Assembly: GCA_001600815.1 (NCBI GenBank)
Contig: BCKZ01000013.1
Span: 397,621 to 461,620 of the forward strand
From: Alloascoidea hylecoeti
Taxonomy: Eukaryota
Direction of reading: 5' to 3'
Length of the DNA: 64,000 bases
In this document: positions 24,968-35,950 of the stretch, piece after piece
Position numbering within the stretch: position 1 is the stretch's first letter
Layout of the letters: each line of letters opens with the position of its first letter
Position numbers and translations under genes: made by a program
Notes under the pieces: generated by a model
What the model was told of the DNA's origin: nothing
The model's database searches: none
Seen by the model: only the letters and a program-made list of their open reading frames with translations

Positions 24968-27319
24968 ATGATCTGGTTCCGATGGCACGCTATTGCAACT
25001 ATCATCTTCGTCCAGACCGTCCAGGCCCTAACCTCCGTTTTTTACGCCTTCTCCCACGAGGCCCAGATCGTGTATTTACTACTCACGGATGGACGTCTCG
25101 TGTCAATTCCCTTCGGTGCCGGAATGTCTTTTTCTTCAGCAACACTGAAGCCAGTGAGTCAGCCACTTGGAAATGACATTTCATATGTCACATCATCTGG
25201 AAACTTATTTGCTTTCCATAGAAATCTAGACGACGCAATTGCAACCCAAGTATATAATCCTTCAAACGATTCATGGTCAATGTTACAATTATCTCAACAG
25301 GTTCAATTTTTGAATCAGTCAATATATTTTAGTCCTTTGAATACTGATATGATTCATATTTATGGCGGTAAAGATTTAAATAATGAAGTTTATGATAGAA
25401 ATTTAATTGTTAATATAACAAATGGTGAAATTTCTTTAATTAATGTTGATACTTCAAAACCAACTCCATTTTATGGTGCTTCTCAATGTCCAATTTCTGA
25501 ATCTTCAACTTTAATTATTGGTGGTAAGGCAAAAACCGCTTGGGTATCGATGGGTAGAGTTGCAATTTGGGAATTTGGTGGATGGTCTTTCAAACCAATC
25601 TTAAATCCTCCGGATCCTCTAACAATTACATCAAATACTGATGATAATAATATAGAAAATGATTTTTGGATTGATAGTAGAATTGATTTTTCACTAATGC
25701 CTATTATAACATCTCTTCAAATTGATTCAAATAATCAAATTTTATTAGAATCAAATTCTGCTTTAATAATTGGTGGTACTGTTGGAAATAGAAATTCAAA
25801 ACCAAATATTATAAAATTATTATTTAATAATACAATATCAAATTCAAATAATCATAATTGGCAATGGGATTCATCATCATCATCATTAAATCTAATTTTT
25901 CAATCTGATAATAATAATAATAATAATATATTAGGTGCTGTCTCAATATATGAAACTTTAATTACAATATCAAAACCATCAATTTCAATTTCAAAGTTAT
26001 CAAGATTTTTAAAAAGATCAAATGATTATTCAATATCAATGTATAATGTAAATACATGGGAGAAAGTTACCAAAGTTATAACATCTCAAAATTCAAATAC
26101 CATAATTCATAATCATAATAATTCACATTCATCATTGTCAAAAAGTATTATTATCATAATTTCAACAATATTACCAATATTATTTATTATTATTATTATT
26201 ATTGTTTTAATTTATATTTATTATAAAAAAAAATCAAAAAATCAAAATCTATATACAATTAATCAATTTCAACTTCAACCTCAAATGCCTGATTTATATT
26301 CTTCAAAATCAACATTAACTAATATAAATAATAATTTATATAATTATTTTTCAAATGATAGAAATTCTATAAATTCTTGGAAATTAAAAAGATTAGAATA
26401 TGATAATCAAGCAATTGCTTCTTCTGGTAATAATCATAATGAAAATTCTAAAAAACAATATAATAATAATAATAATAATAATAAAAATAATAATAATAAT
26501 AATTTATCAAGAAGAGTTGTTTCAAGTACTCCATTTTTAAGTATAAATAAATCAATTAATAACGAAATTGAAGTGGAAGTTCCACAAAATTTACAATTAC
26601 ATTCACAAAATATTAATCAAAATGTTAGAATATTTAGTGATTCATTCTACAATACAAATACAAATAATAATAATAACTATGATTTTGATGTAATATCTAC
26701 AGCATCAGATGTACATAAAACAATAAATACAACAACAACAACAAATAATAATGAATTTGAAGAAGAACTTGATTTTAGTAATAGAATAACAATTCAAAGA
26801 TCAAATCAAAGTATTCGTGATCGTGTATCGAAAAAAGCTTCTGCACCTTATAAATCAACAAAAAGAGTTTATTCATTTGTATCACAACAATTAGGTTCAA
26901 ATTCAATAAAATTAAGAAAAAATAGTATGATAATTCCAACATCATCATCAAATTATCAATATAATATGCATATGGATATGCATGATAATAACAATAACAA
27001 TATGCGTAACAATATACGATTATCAAAAGATACAGTTGTTGAAAATATAAATGAAAATGATAATGATTGGTTTCAAGAAGGAATTAATCATCCATTTGAA
27101 CCTTTAAATTCTAGAAAATTAAATGACCCTTTACAACCAATTAACAAAATTAACAACTATCATTCAGATAATGATGATGATGATAATAATATTTTTAAAG
27201 ATAGAGATGTTCAAGTTTTAGTATCAAGTAAAAGAAGATCAAAATTAAGAGTCATGAATCCAGATAATGATATATCAAGAGATAATTCAATGAATTCTTT
27301 AATACATTATAATTTATAA
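24968..27319 (+). CDS. Single-pass membrane protein with signal peptide, Kelch/beta-propeller-like ectodomain and Asn-rich cytoplasmic tail
   Basis: Hydrophobic N-terminus; repeated IYGG/IIGG motifs; strong TM segment IIIIISTILPILFIIIIIIVLIYIYY followed by KKK. Confidence 0.75.
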   Translation: MIWFRWHAIATIIFVQTVQALTSVFYAFSHEAQIVYLLLTDGRLVSIPFGAGMSFSSATLKPVSQPLGNDISYVTSSGNLFAFHRNLDDAIATQVYNPSNDSWSMLQLSQQVQFLNQSIYFSPLNTDMIHIYGGKDLNNEVYDRNLIVNITNGEISLINVDTSKPTPFYGASQCPISESSTLIIGGKAKTAWVSMGRVAIWEFGGWSFKPILNPPDPLTITSNTDDNNIENDFWIDSRIDFSLMPIITSLQIDSNNQILLESNSALIIGGTVGNRNSKPNIIKLLFNNTISNSNNHNWQWDSSSSSLNLIFQSDNNNNNNILGAVSIYETLITISKPSISISKLSRFLKRSNDYSISMYNVNTWEKVTKVITSQNSNTIIHNHNNSHSSLSKSIIIIISTILPILFIIIIIIVLIYIYYKKKSKNQNLYTINQFQLQPQMPDLYSSKSTLTNINNNLYNYFSNDRNSINSWKLKRLEYDNQAIASSGNNHNENSKKQYNNNNNNNKNNNNNNLSRRVVSSTPFLSINKSINNEIEVEVPQNLQLHSQNINQNVRIFSDSFYNTNTNNNNNYDFDVISTASDVHKTINTTTTTNNNEFEEELDFSNRITIQRSNQSIRDRVSKKASAPYKSTKRVYSFVSQQLGSNSIKLRKNSMIIPTSSSNYQYNMHMDMHDNNNNNMRNNIRLSKDTVVENINENDNDWFQEGINHPFEPLNSRKLNDPLQPINKINNYHSDNDDDDNNIFKDRDVQVLVSSKRRSKLRVMNPDNDISRDNSMNSLIHYNL

Positions 27320-28171
27320 CATGTACAACAACAACAAAAAAATAACAACAAAGATGTTTCAATTCAATTGATTCTGATTTGAGTGTTAATAATATTAATC
27401 CTTTTGAACAATTTCAGGAAGTTAATATAGGAAATCCTATTGATAATGATAGGGAAATAAAATTACAAACTGTTACACATAAACCTTATGATTTAGGATA
27501 TAATAATATAATAAGGAATAGACAAATTTCAGGTAATCAAAATAACAAAATTAATCATAATCATATATACTAATGATCACGATAATGATAATCCTCAATT
27601 ACAATATTATATAAGTTTAACACAGATTTGATATATCGATTGTGATATATAATTTAAAATAATACACACAATTCATTATTGTTGATCAATAGACATTTAA
27701 AATAGATCTCGAATTTGTTTTCTTTTTTATTTTTATAAATTGAGGGTCACCCAATTTTCTGTGATACCAGAAAATTTCATTCCTCTAAATAATTTTTTAT
27801 TAGTTTCAGTACATAATTCAATAAAACACATGAATAAAATCATTTCTTAGAGATTACGACAATATAACTTATACCGTTTAATTTAACTGTAAAATTTGCC
27901 AACCTTAAGTTCATTATATAATACGCGCTTAAGTTGGGTTAATATTTACCAAAACCATTTTTTATTCAAAACCCTATGTTAATTTATAATATATTAAGAA
28001 GTTATCTAGCTTTCAGATTTAACTTATACTATATGACAAAATTTTGGTTATAAAAATAGCATAGAAAATAAACAAAATTGTAACAAAAAAACATGATTCT
28101 TTACTATGTAGTATGTATTAATTTTATCTGAAAACTTTTTTTTTTTTATTTCCATATATTTTCTAAATCTA

Positions 28172-29445
28172 TTATAAATTATTTTTTTTAAGTGTAATTG
28201 ATTTAGCAGCTTCTCTAGATTGTTGAATTAAGAAATTATCAGCAATAACTAAAGCAGCCATTGCTTCAACAATTGGAATAGCTCTTGGAACAACATTTGG
28301 ATCATGTCTTCCTTTAGCAGCTAAAATCCCATCTTTACCATCATAAGAAGTAGTATGTTGTTCTTGAGAAATAGTTGCTGGAGGTTTAAAAGCAACTGTA
28401 AAATAAATATTTTCACCATTTGTTATACCACCTTGAATACCACCAGAAAAATTTGTTCTTGTACGAAATTTACCAGTATTTTCTTCAATATAAAATGGAT
28501 CATTATGTTTTGAACCTGGAATACAAGTACCAGCAAAACCAGAACCAATTTCAAAACCTTTTGTTGCTGGAATTGACAACATTGCATGAGCTAAAGCAGC
28601 TTCTAATTTATCAAAAGATGGTTCACCAAGACCAATTGGAACATTTCTTATAACACAGGTAACTTGACCACCAATTGAATCCTTTGAATCTCTATATTTT
28701 TCAACTAATTTAGTCATTTCATCACATTTTGAAATATCAGGACATCTAATTGGTCCAACAGCATCAACTTGTTCTCTTGTAATTGTATTTAATAAATTTT
28801 GAAAATTTGTTGAAGATGGATCTCTATCAATTGAAATTGGACCAACAGCAGATACAAATGCAACAATTTCAACATTATGGGCAACAGATAAGAACTTTTC
28901 AGCAATTGCACCAGCAGCAACTCTACCAATTGTTTCACGAGCAGATGATCTACCACCACCACTTGATGCTTTAATACCATATTTTTGTAAATAAGTCCAA
29001 TCAGCATGAGATGGACGAGGATAAACATCAGTTTCCGAATAATCATGAGGTCTTTGATCTTCATTCTTGACAATCATTCCAATTGGAGTTCCTAAAGTTT
29101 TACCAAATTCAGTACCAGATTGGATCTCAACTTTATCCTTTTCATTTCTCTATTTATAATAATATTAGCATCCATGAGAATAATGATAGTTCAAATTATG
29201 TACTTACTGGCGTTGAAAGTTTGGATTGACCAGGTCTTCTTCGTGTGAGTTGTGGTTGAACATCTGCTTCAGTAAGTTCCAAACCTGGAGGAACACCATC
29301 AACGATACATCCTACTGATTTACAATGAGATTCGCCATAAGTTGTAACGCCTATCAAATCCTTGGTTAGTTTCCATCAATTCGCCTAGCATTTAGTTAAA
29401 AAGAGTAACATATCACATACGGAAAGCAGATCCAAAAGTAGACAT
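28172..29445 (-). CDS. ARO2: Chorismate synthase (3 exons: 29445-29421, 29350-29208, 29149-28172)
   Basis: Spliced [16 protein letters not shown]...[41 protein letters not shown] signatures. Confidence 0.97.
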
Positions 29446-29518
29446 TTTTTCAAGTTAGTTATGTACAGTGAAAAATTTAAAGGACTTCATCACTTTTATC
29501 ACTTGATTTCTATGGAGG

Positions 29519-29525
29519 TGACTCA
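29519..29525. promoter_or_regulatory. Gcn4-type site TGACTCA upstream of ARO2
   Basis: Exact TGACTCA about 75 bp upstream of the ATG of an amino-acid biosynthesis gene; Reb1-like TTACCCGG at 29583. Confidence 0.55.
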
Positions 29526-29650
29526 CTTACCTGCACGGTTATGTAATAGATGACTTATCCAGATGTCACCTGATGCGCCAAGTTACCCGGAATAGTCAAA
29601 TGTATGTGTCTTTTATGATTTGTATGTTTTTACATTATTAATCTTAAAAA

Positions 29651-30508
29651 ATGGACTCAAATACACGGTTAATAGCGATATCGATAATAGTCGGGGCTCT
29701 TGCTCTATTATTGGTATCTGTTTTTACTAAAACTTTGATTCCTGTTGGTATTGGACGGAAAGGAAAAAGAACACCTACTTTTATTATTGCTGGACCTAAT
29801 GGTGCTGGAAAGACAAGTTTATGGGCATATGTAAGTATTTTAAACATCAATACTATAAAAGAAATATCATATTAATAAATACTTTAATAGTTGATTTCTG
29901 GGAAATTTCAAAATACAGTAATGTCACAAGAACCAAATCAAACTATTAATTTTAAATTGCCTTTAGATCATGATACATCAGATGAAGACATTAATGAAAA
30001 ACAATCACAATTTACTTTAGTTGATTATCCAGGACATCCAAAATTAAGACATTTATTATATTCTAGTATTGATGAAAATAAAACTATACCTGGTTTAATA
30101 TATGTTATTGATTCATCAGCAACTGATTCAAAAAATATTACATCAAATGCAAATTTCTTATTAGAAATTTTAAAACGTACTGAAAAAAGACCAGGTGGTG
30201 TTGATATTTTAATTGCTTGTAATAAAAGTGAATCATTTAGTTCAAGACCACCTTTTAAAATTAAAGAATTATTACAAAAGGAAATAAATGAATTAATAAC
30301 AATAAAATCAAAAGGATTAAATGAAGTTAGTTTAAATGATAAAGGTCAAGAAGAAGAAATTGATGATGATGATGAATTTTTAACTGGTAGAGAGTTTCGA
30401 TTTGAAGATTTAGAAGGTAATGTTGATTTTATTGCTGGAAGTTTGATAAAAGGAAAGATTGATAAATGGGATTGTTGGTTAAACGAAAGAGCATTTAATC
30501 CTACATAG
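29651..30508 (+). CDS. SRP102: Signal recognition particle receptor beta subunit (intron 29831-29890)
   Basis: N-terminal TM, P-loop GPNGAGKT, DYPGHPKLR, ILIACNKSE. GTAAGT...TAG intron joins the two ORFs in frame. Confidence 0.92.
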
Positions 30509-30647
30509 ATTAATATCAAATGATTAATATTTATAAATAGTATCAATGAGTAAATTCAGTGAGTAGTTATATTGTATTTATTATTATTGCAATTGTGATT
30601 TAAATTTCGTTATAACATTTCTATGTATCTCATAATATTAATTAAAC

Positions 30648-31272
30648 TTATTGACCAGGTATATTTGTAGGAGCTTTTGGGAAAAAATCAACAGTTTGAA
30701 GTTTTTGTACTTTAACTTTTGATTCATTTGTAACTTTCCGTTGTCTAACCCTAATACTAAATATTTTATCATCTAAAATAAAAATCCTTGGTTTTGATTC
30801 TAAAATTGCTTTATCCTTTTCAATTAATTCTTCTAATTCTTTAATTTTATTTTCAAGTTTTTCAACTGTTTTTAGATATTCTTGTTTTTTATCTTTTTCT
30901 TTTTCAGTGGCTTTTGATGCATATGATAAAAAACTCCATTTCCCAAGTTTTTTATTTTCAACTATTTTATTTTTTAATATTTCAATTTTGATATTATGAT
31001 TGATTTTCCGTTCTTGAGCTGCTGTTACTTTTGAATCCATAATAGGAGTTGCAAATGTGGAGTCATCAAGATGTGATTCACAAATGAAGAACCAATCTTT
31101 CTAGATATAATGGTATATTAATATTTTGAATTACAAAATAAGCTATGAGGTGTGTACATACGGAGTCACCTTCAACGGTGGTCAAACATCTATCTGTAGG
31201 TTTATGACATATGAAGCAGGGTTTTGACGCTTTTAGAGCAACTTGGCGTAGATGGTATTTATTTGTGAACAT
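30648..31272 (-). CDS. VFA1: Vps4-associated protein Vfa1/DUF1742-like (exons 31272-31162, 31100-30648)
   Basis: MFTNKYHLRQVA...CFICHKPT spliced to KDWFFICESHLDDSTFATP, then a Lys/Glu-rich region, F.LDDKIF and a C-terminal FPKAP. Confidence 0.8.
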
Positions 31273-31445
31273 GCTAACAGACTTAATTAAGAAAGGCCAC
31301 AGATAAGAAAGTGGGTAGAGCATTACATAATTTGGGCACGTGATAGGATAGGTCACGTGCACATCCATGTAGGGTAGAATTACCCGGGCGGGATACCCAC
31401 TATTTTAGATCCACGAATAGTCTTTACTTGCTATTTTCATTAAAA

Positions 31446-33044
31446 ATGACGATTCTTTTAAATCGATTTCATAAATCTCTGATTTTCGGAGTGGTTATAT
31501 TTATAGCTATTACTGCTCTTTTGGTTTGTTCAACTAATACTAATAATGATTTCTATAATATTAAATCGGCCAAGTATGCTGCATTAAGGACATTTCAATA
31601 TTCTTTTAATTATAAACCAAAAGAACCAAAACAAAAAGTTATTGGTGAATTTGATTATTATGATTCTGGTGTTCGTACTCAAATGAATAAACTTGAAAGA
31701 GCAGATGGTCATATAAAATTAAAAGCAGCTGCTGAGGGTCTTGCTGATGGTAATGTAACTTCTTTATATTGGCTAATAGGGGATAAAGATAAATGTCTTC
31801 AATTACGAAATTCAATAAATGATATACTTGCTAATAAAACAAATAAATTTGAAATTTACGGTGAAACTCCTAATTTAAGTGCTTTCAACCAATCAATGGA
31901 GATTTTAAATTTAGCAGATAAGGAAAAGAATGAAGATATTGACTGGGAAAATTTTAAAAGATTAATGGATCAACTTGCTAAAAAATTAGAGGAGGAGAAC
32001 CAGGTTTTCCCTTCTAAATTGTCCCTTTACAGAAGCGAAGCTGCAAAACTAATGCAGGGCTGGGTTCCAAAAGAATTATCACGCATTAATTTTGATTGGA
32101 AATCTTTTAAACCTTCAAGTCGTCCTACCCCAAAACAAAAAAGGCTCTTACCACGTCAAATTGCCATTTTAACGACTTTAAATTCTTCAAGTTCAAGAGT
32201 TATAAATGCAACTTATAATGATGATATTGTTATTAAAAATCGTCAAAAATATTGTGATAAGCATGGATATAAATGTGTTTTCACTGATGTTACTAAGGTA
32301 TATAAAAAATATCAACCTTGGTATAAAGGTATTCAAATTACTGATTTTTTCAATGATCATGAAGATATTAAATGGGTATGGTGGCTTGATGCAAATGCTT
32401 TTATCGTCGATCAGAATGTAGATCTTGTTAAATACATTCTTGACCAGGAAGTTTTGGAACAACGACTATCTGACGGAATGCCGCGTTGGTTGCCTAATAA
32501 TGAATATGAAGTTACTGGCCCATTAGCTTGGAATAATTATTATACTTTAACTATGAATAATGTTTCTATTGGATATTATGATGCTAAACAATTAGAAGAT
32601 GGAAATAATAATACGGATATTCAACTCATTGCAACATACGGCCCTCATGGATTAGATACTGGTTCTGTCTTTTTTGCAAATAAACCAACTTCAAGATTCT
32701 TACTTGCAATTTGGGTAAATGATCTTGTTGGATCTCTTTGGCCAGAAGAAAGTAGAGAAGAAGATATATTTACAAATTTTGCAATTCAACATAATATAAT
32801 TAAGAAAAAACTTGCTATTGTACCAAAAAGATCAATTGATTCAATAAGTCCTAAATGCGTAAATCAAATTTCGGATTTTTATCCGCTTTATTATGATAAT
32901 ACTGAAAATTGGAAAAAATTAATGCTTTATGAAAAAGGTGATTTTGTTGTAAGATTTCAAGATTGTCAATTAAGAAATTCAACTGGTAGTATTCGATCTG
33001 AAATGGACGATTTCCTTGTTGAAAATGGAATTATACTTCAATAG
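31446..33044 (+). CDS. Type II Golgi glycosyltransferase, GT34-like (Mnn10/Mnn11/Gma12 family)
   Basis: N-terminal TM, NRQKYCDKHGY, WYK, WVWWLDANA (divergent DxD), GLDTGSVF, YEKGDFVVRF. First ATG at 31446. Confidence 0.8.
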   Translation: MTILLNRFHKSLIFGVVIFIAITALLVCSTNTNNDFYNIKSAKYAALRTFQYSFNYKPKEPKQKVIGEFDYYDSGVRTQMNKLERADGHIKLKAAAEGLADGNVTSLYWLIGDKDKCLQLRNSINDILANKTNKFEIYGETPNLSAFNQSMEILNLADKEKNEDIDWENFKRLMDQLAKKLEEENQVFPSKLSLYRSEAAKLMQGWVPKELSRINFDWKSFKPSSRPTPKQKRLLPRQIAILTTLNSSSSRVINATYNDDIVIKNRQKYCDKHGYKCVFTDVTKVYKKYQPWYKGIQITDFFNDHEDIKWVWWLDANAFIVDQNVDLVKYILDQEVLEQRLSDGMPRWLPNNEYEVTGPLAWNNYYTLTMNNVSIGYYDAKQLEDGNNNTDIQLIATYGPHGLDTGSVFFANKPTSRFLLAIWVNDLVGSLWPEESREEDIFTNFAIQHNIIKKKLAIVPKRSIDSISPKCVNQISDFYPLYYDNTENWKKLMLYEKGDFVVRFQDCQLRNSTGSIRSEMDDFLVENGIILQ

Positions 33045-33772
33045 ATATATAATAAATATACAATATATAAAATGAAATAAATGGTGAAATATTAATATGT
33101 CCCATAAATAATTATTAAATCAAGGCTATTTCCTTTGTTAAACCCCGATATACAGGAGTTTGTGATAAACAAAGAATAAAGCATATTGCAGAAGTTTGTG
33201 AATATTTTACAATGTAACCTCAGCTATATGGAAAAATATTGATATAATTAGTGAATTTGAATTTACCATAAAAACTTCATTTATAAATTTTAAAACTGTA
33301 GGTCTCCCTCCTACTGTAAATATAGGATGTTAATGAGTAATACCAAAAAACACGTAAGAATACAGTATTTCCACTTGATTTCAGCTACGAATTAGATTAA
33401 ATATTCGAACACATGATACACTAAATATTATATGCTTTTGATTACAGATCATTGGTACGGGTGTAAAGAAAGTTATAAGATATTTAATGCACTTATTGAG
33501 CATATATGGCGAATTTATAGTATAAAACACTAGATAAATAAATCTAAAATAATTATTGTGCCATATAAAGTTGATAAGATAATAGTATTTAAAAACACGA
33601 AGAGATGGATATCTGAAATGTCATATAATGACTGTATTTACGCACAACCTCAGTAGATTACATACCTACTTTGCCTACTTCACAGCTACTAATCGTTACG
33701 ATTATCTCAAAGGACAAACATCCGACTCGATAATTAAACCATCATCCTCCACCCGATAATTTATTCTTTTAG

Positions 33773-35950
33773 ATGACCGTTTTAAGTCAGAAGGATAAAG
33801 AAAAGATCAAAAGGGCTGTTCCGAAAACATCCAACAAGATTATCGACGCCACTGTCATAAGACTCTATATTGCCTATCCCGATGCAAATACTTGGACTTT
33901 TACCGGTTTAACAGGAGCTATTGTATTTGTTAATGATATAATCGGCAATACTTATTTCTTAAAACTCGTGGATATAATTGGAAATAGAGGTGTTATATGG
34001 GACCAAGAACTTTATATTGATTTTCAATATAATCAAGATCGTTCCTTTTTCCATTCTTTTGAAATTGAAGAATGTTTAGTTGGATTTTTATTCGAAAGTG
34101 ATGCTGATGCTGCTCATTTTATGAAAAGAATACGACAACGTGAAAAGTATGCGACAAAGGAAACCCTGCAAAATAAGAAAGCAATAGCTTTGAAGAAAAC
34201 TGCCCCACCTCAAGCTGCTCCGGGCCCCCGAGGTGATCCTATGAATCAAAGGAAACGTGTACAACCATTATATTACGATGTTGAACCCCCAGAGGAATGG
34301 AGAGCTTTATATAAAGAGTTGGCAGACTTTGGAATTACTGAGGATATGATTGCAGAGAACCGGGAATTCATCAAGTCATATATTCGTGAACAAGGAGGTC
34401 CTTTGGTAGGATTAGAACCTCCAATCCCACGACGACATCAAACACACAACAATAATGCAAATGAACCTGCTCAAATATCTCATTCAACATCAAGGAAAGA
34501 TAAGGCACCACCACCACCTCCTCCTCCAGGTAATGCGTCTACACCTTCATCTGTGTCGCATGCTCCACCACCTCCCCCAGCACCTCCAGTAACATCGTCG
34601 GCACCACCGGCGCCTCCAGCACCAGAACAAAAACAAGAGAGTTCACCTGTGGTTGAACAGCCAGCTCCTCCAAAGAGGAATGCACCACCAGCTATGCCTT
34701 TTATAGGCCAATTGATAAATCAACAGCAAAACTTACCTACTCCACCTCCAAGAAATGGACCACCATCAATGCCTCAAGTAAATAATCTACAAAATCGGCC
34801 TGTTCCAGCTCCGCCGCAACTCCCTCCAAGACTACCGATGAGAGATGGAGATGTTCCTCAATTTGGTGTGCCTCAATTTGGTACTCCTCAAAATGGACCT
34901 CCATTACCACCACAAAGAAGAGCTGTTCCAACTACTATGGGTGGCCCACCTCCTCCACCTCCTCCAAGAGCATCTGTTCCTTCACCAACAGTATCATCTG
35001 GTTTTGTTCCTCCGCCACCCCCTCCAAGAGCTCAAAATGCAATGCCTCCTGCTTTACCACAAAAGGCATCTCCCCAGCAAATGTTTGCTCCTCCATTACC
35101 ACCGGCTTTACCACCAGTGCAAAACAATACTCATTCATTCCCACAATCCACAAGCTCGTATTCACCTGTTCCTCCTCCATTACCACCAACTGCTCCTCCA
35201 TCTCTTCCACCAGTTACTTCTTCAATTCCAGTATCGGCTCCACCACAGTTGCCTCCGGCACCACCAGCTATTCCTCACACAGCACCCCCAGAATTACCAC
35301 AAATGGCTCCTCCTCAATTACCTCAAATGGCTCCTCCTCAATTACCTCAAATGGCACCTCCTCAATTACCTCAGATGGCTCCTCCTCAATTACCTCAGAT
35401 GGCTCCTCCTCAATTACCTCAAATGGCACCTCCCTCTCTACCTCAAGCAGCACCTCCACAATTACCTCAGATGAAACCTCCTCAGATACCATCAGCTCCT
35501 TTCCCATCCTCTCAAGCACCACCGGCACCTCCTCCACTTCCACCTACTTCATCTGCTCCTCCAGCACCCCCACCTCCACCTGCCTTTTCTGCTCCTCCTC
35601 CAGCACCACCAATGCCAGTGTCGTCTGGTCCTCCAGCACCTCCTCCTCCTCCTCCAACAAGTGGTCCAACCACAGCAGCACCACCCCTTCCAACTCCTGA
35701 TGGTGGTAGAGATGCTCTGTTAGCATCAATTCAAAGTGCGGGAGGTCTAAAAGCTCTTAAAAAAGTTGACAAATCCCAATTGGATCGTCCAACTGTCTTA
35801 TTACAAGAAGCAAAAGGTGAAGCTCCCAAAACTACTAGTGGTGCTCCAGGTCAACCAACAAGTTTAGCAGATGCTTTAAGTGCTGCATTAAATCAAAGAA
35901 AGAATAAAGTATCCAGAAGTGATGATGAAGAATCTGATGATGATTGGTAA
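33773..35950 (+). CDS. LAS17: WASP homolog / Arp2/3 activator
   Basis: WH1 domain (RLYIAYPD...WDQELY..FQYNQDRSFFHSFE), polyproline tracts, WH2 GRDALLASIQ..LKKV, central LADALSAALNQRK, acidic end DDDW. Confidence 0.93.
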   Translation: MTVLSQKDKEKIKRAVPKTSNKIIDATVIRLYIAYPDANTWTFTGLTGAIVFVNDIIGNTYFLKLVDIIGNRGVIWDQELYIDFQYNQDRSFFHSFEIEECLVGFLFESDADAAHFMKRIRQREKYATKETLQNKKAIALKKTAPPQAAPGPRGDPMNQRKRVQPLYYDVEPPEEWRALYKELADFGITEDMIAENREFIKSYIREQGGPLVGLEPPIPRRHQTHNNNANEPAQISHSTSRKDKAPPPPPPPGNASTPSSVSHAPPPPPAPPVTSSAPPAPPAPEQKQESSPVVEQPAPPKRNAPPAMPFIGQLINQQQNLPTPPPRNGPPSMPQVNNLQNRPVPAPPQLPPRLPMRDGDVPQFGVPQFGTPQNGPPLPPQRRAVPTTMGGPPPPPPPRASVPSPTVSSGFVPPPPPPRAQNAMPPALPQKASPQQMFAPPLPPALPPVQNNTHSFPQSTSSYSPVPPPLPPTAPPSLPPVTSSIPVSAPPQLPPAPPAIPHTAPPELPQMAPPQLPQMAPPQLPQMAPPQLPQMAPPQLPQMAPPQLPQMAPPSLPQAAPPQLPQMKPPQIPSAPFPSSQAPPAPPPLPPTSSAPPAPPPPPAFSAPPPAPPMPVSSGPPAPPPPPPTSGPTTAAPPLPTPDGGRDALLASIQSAGGLKALKKVDKSQLDRPTVLLQEAKGEAPKTTSGAPGQPTSLADALSAALNQRKNKVSRSDDEESDDDW
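35281..35487 (+). repeat. 24-bp coding minisatellite (APPQLPQM) in LAS17, about 8 copies
   Basis: gctcctcctcaattacctcaaatg and variants in tandem. Confidence 0.9.

Noticed and set aside
34737..35729. Alternative-frame ORFs within LAS17
   Set aside because: By-products of polyproline codon repeats.
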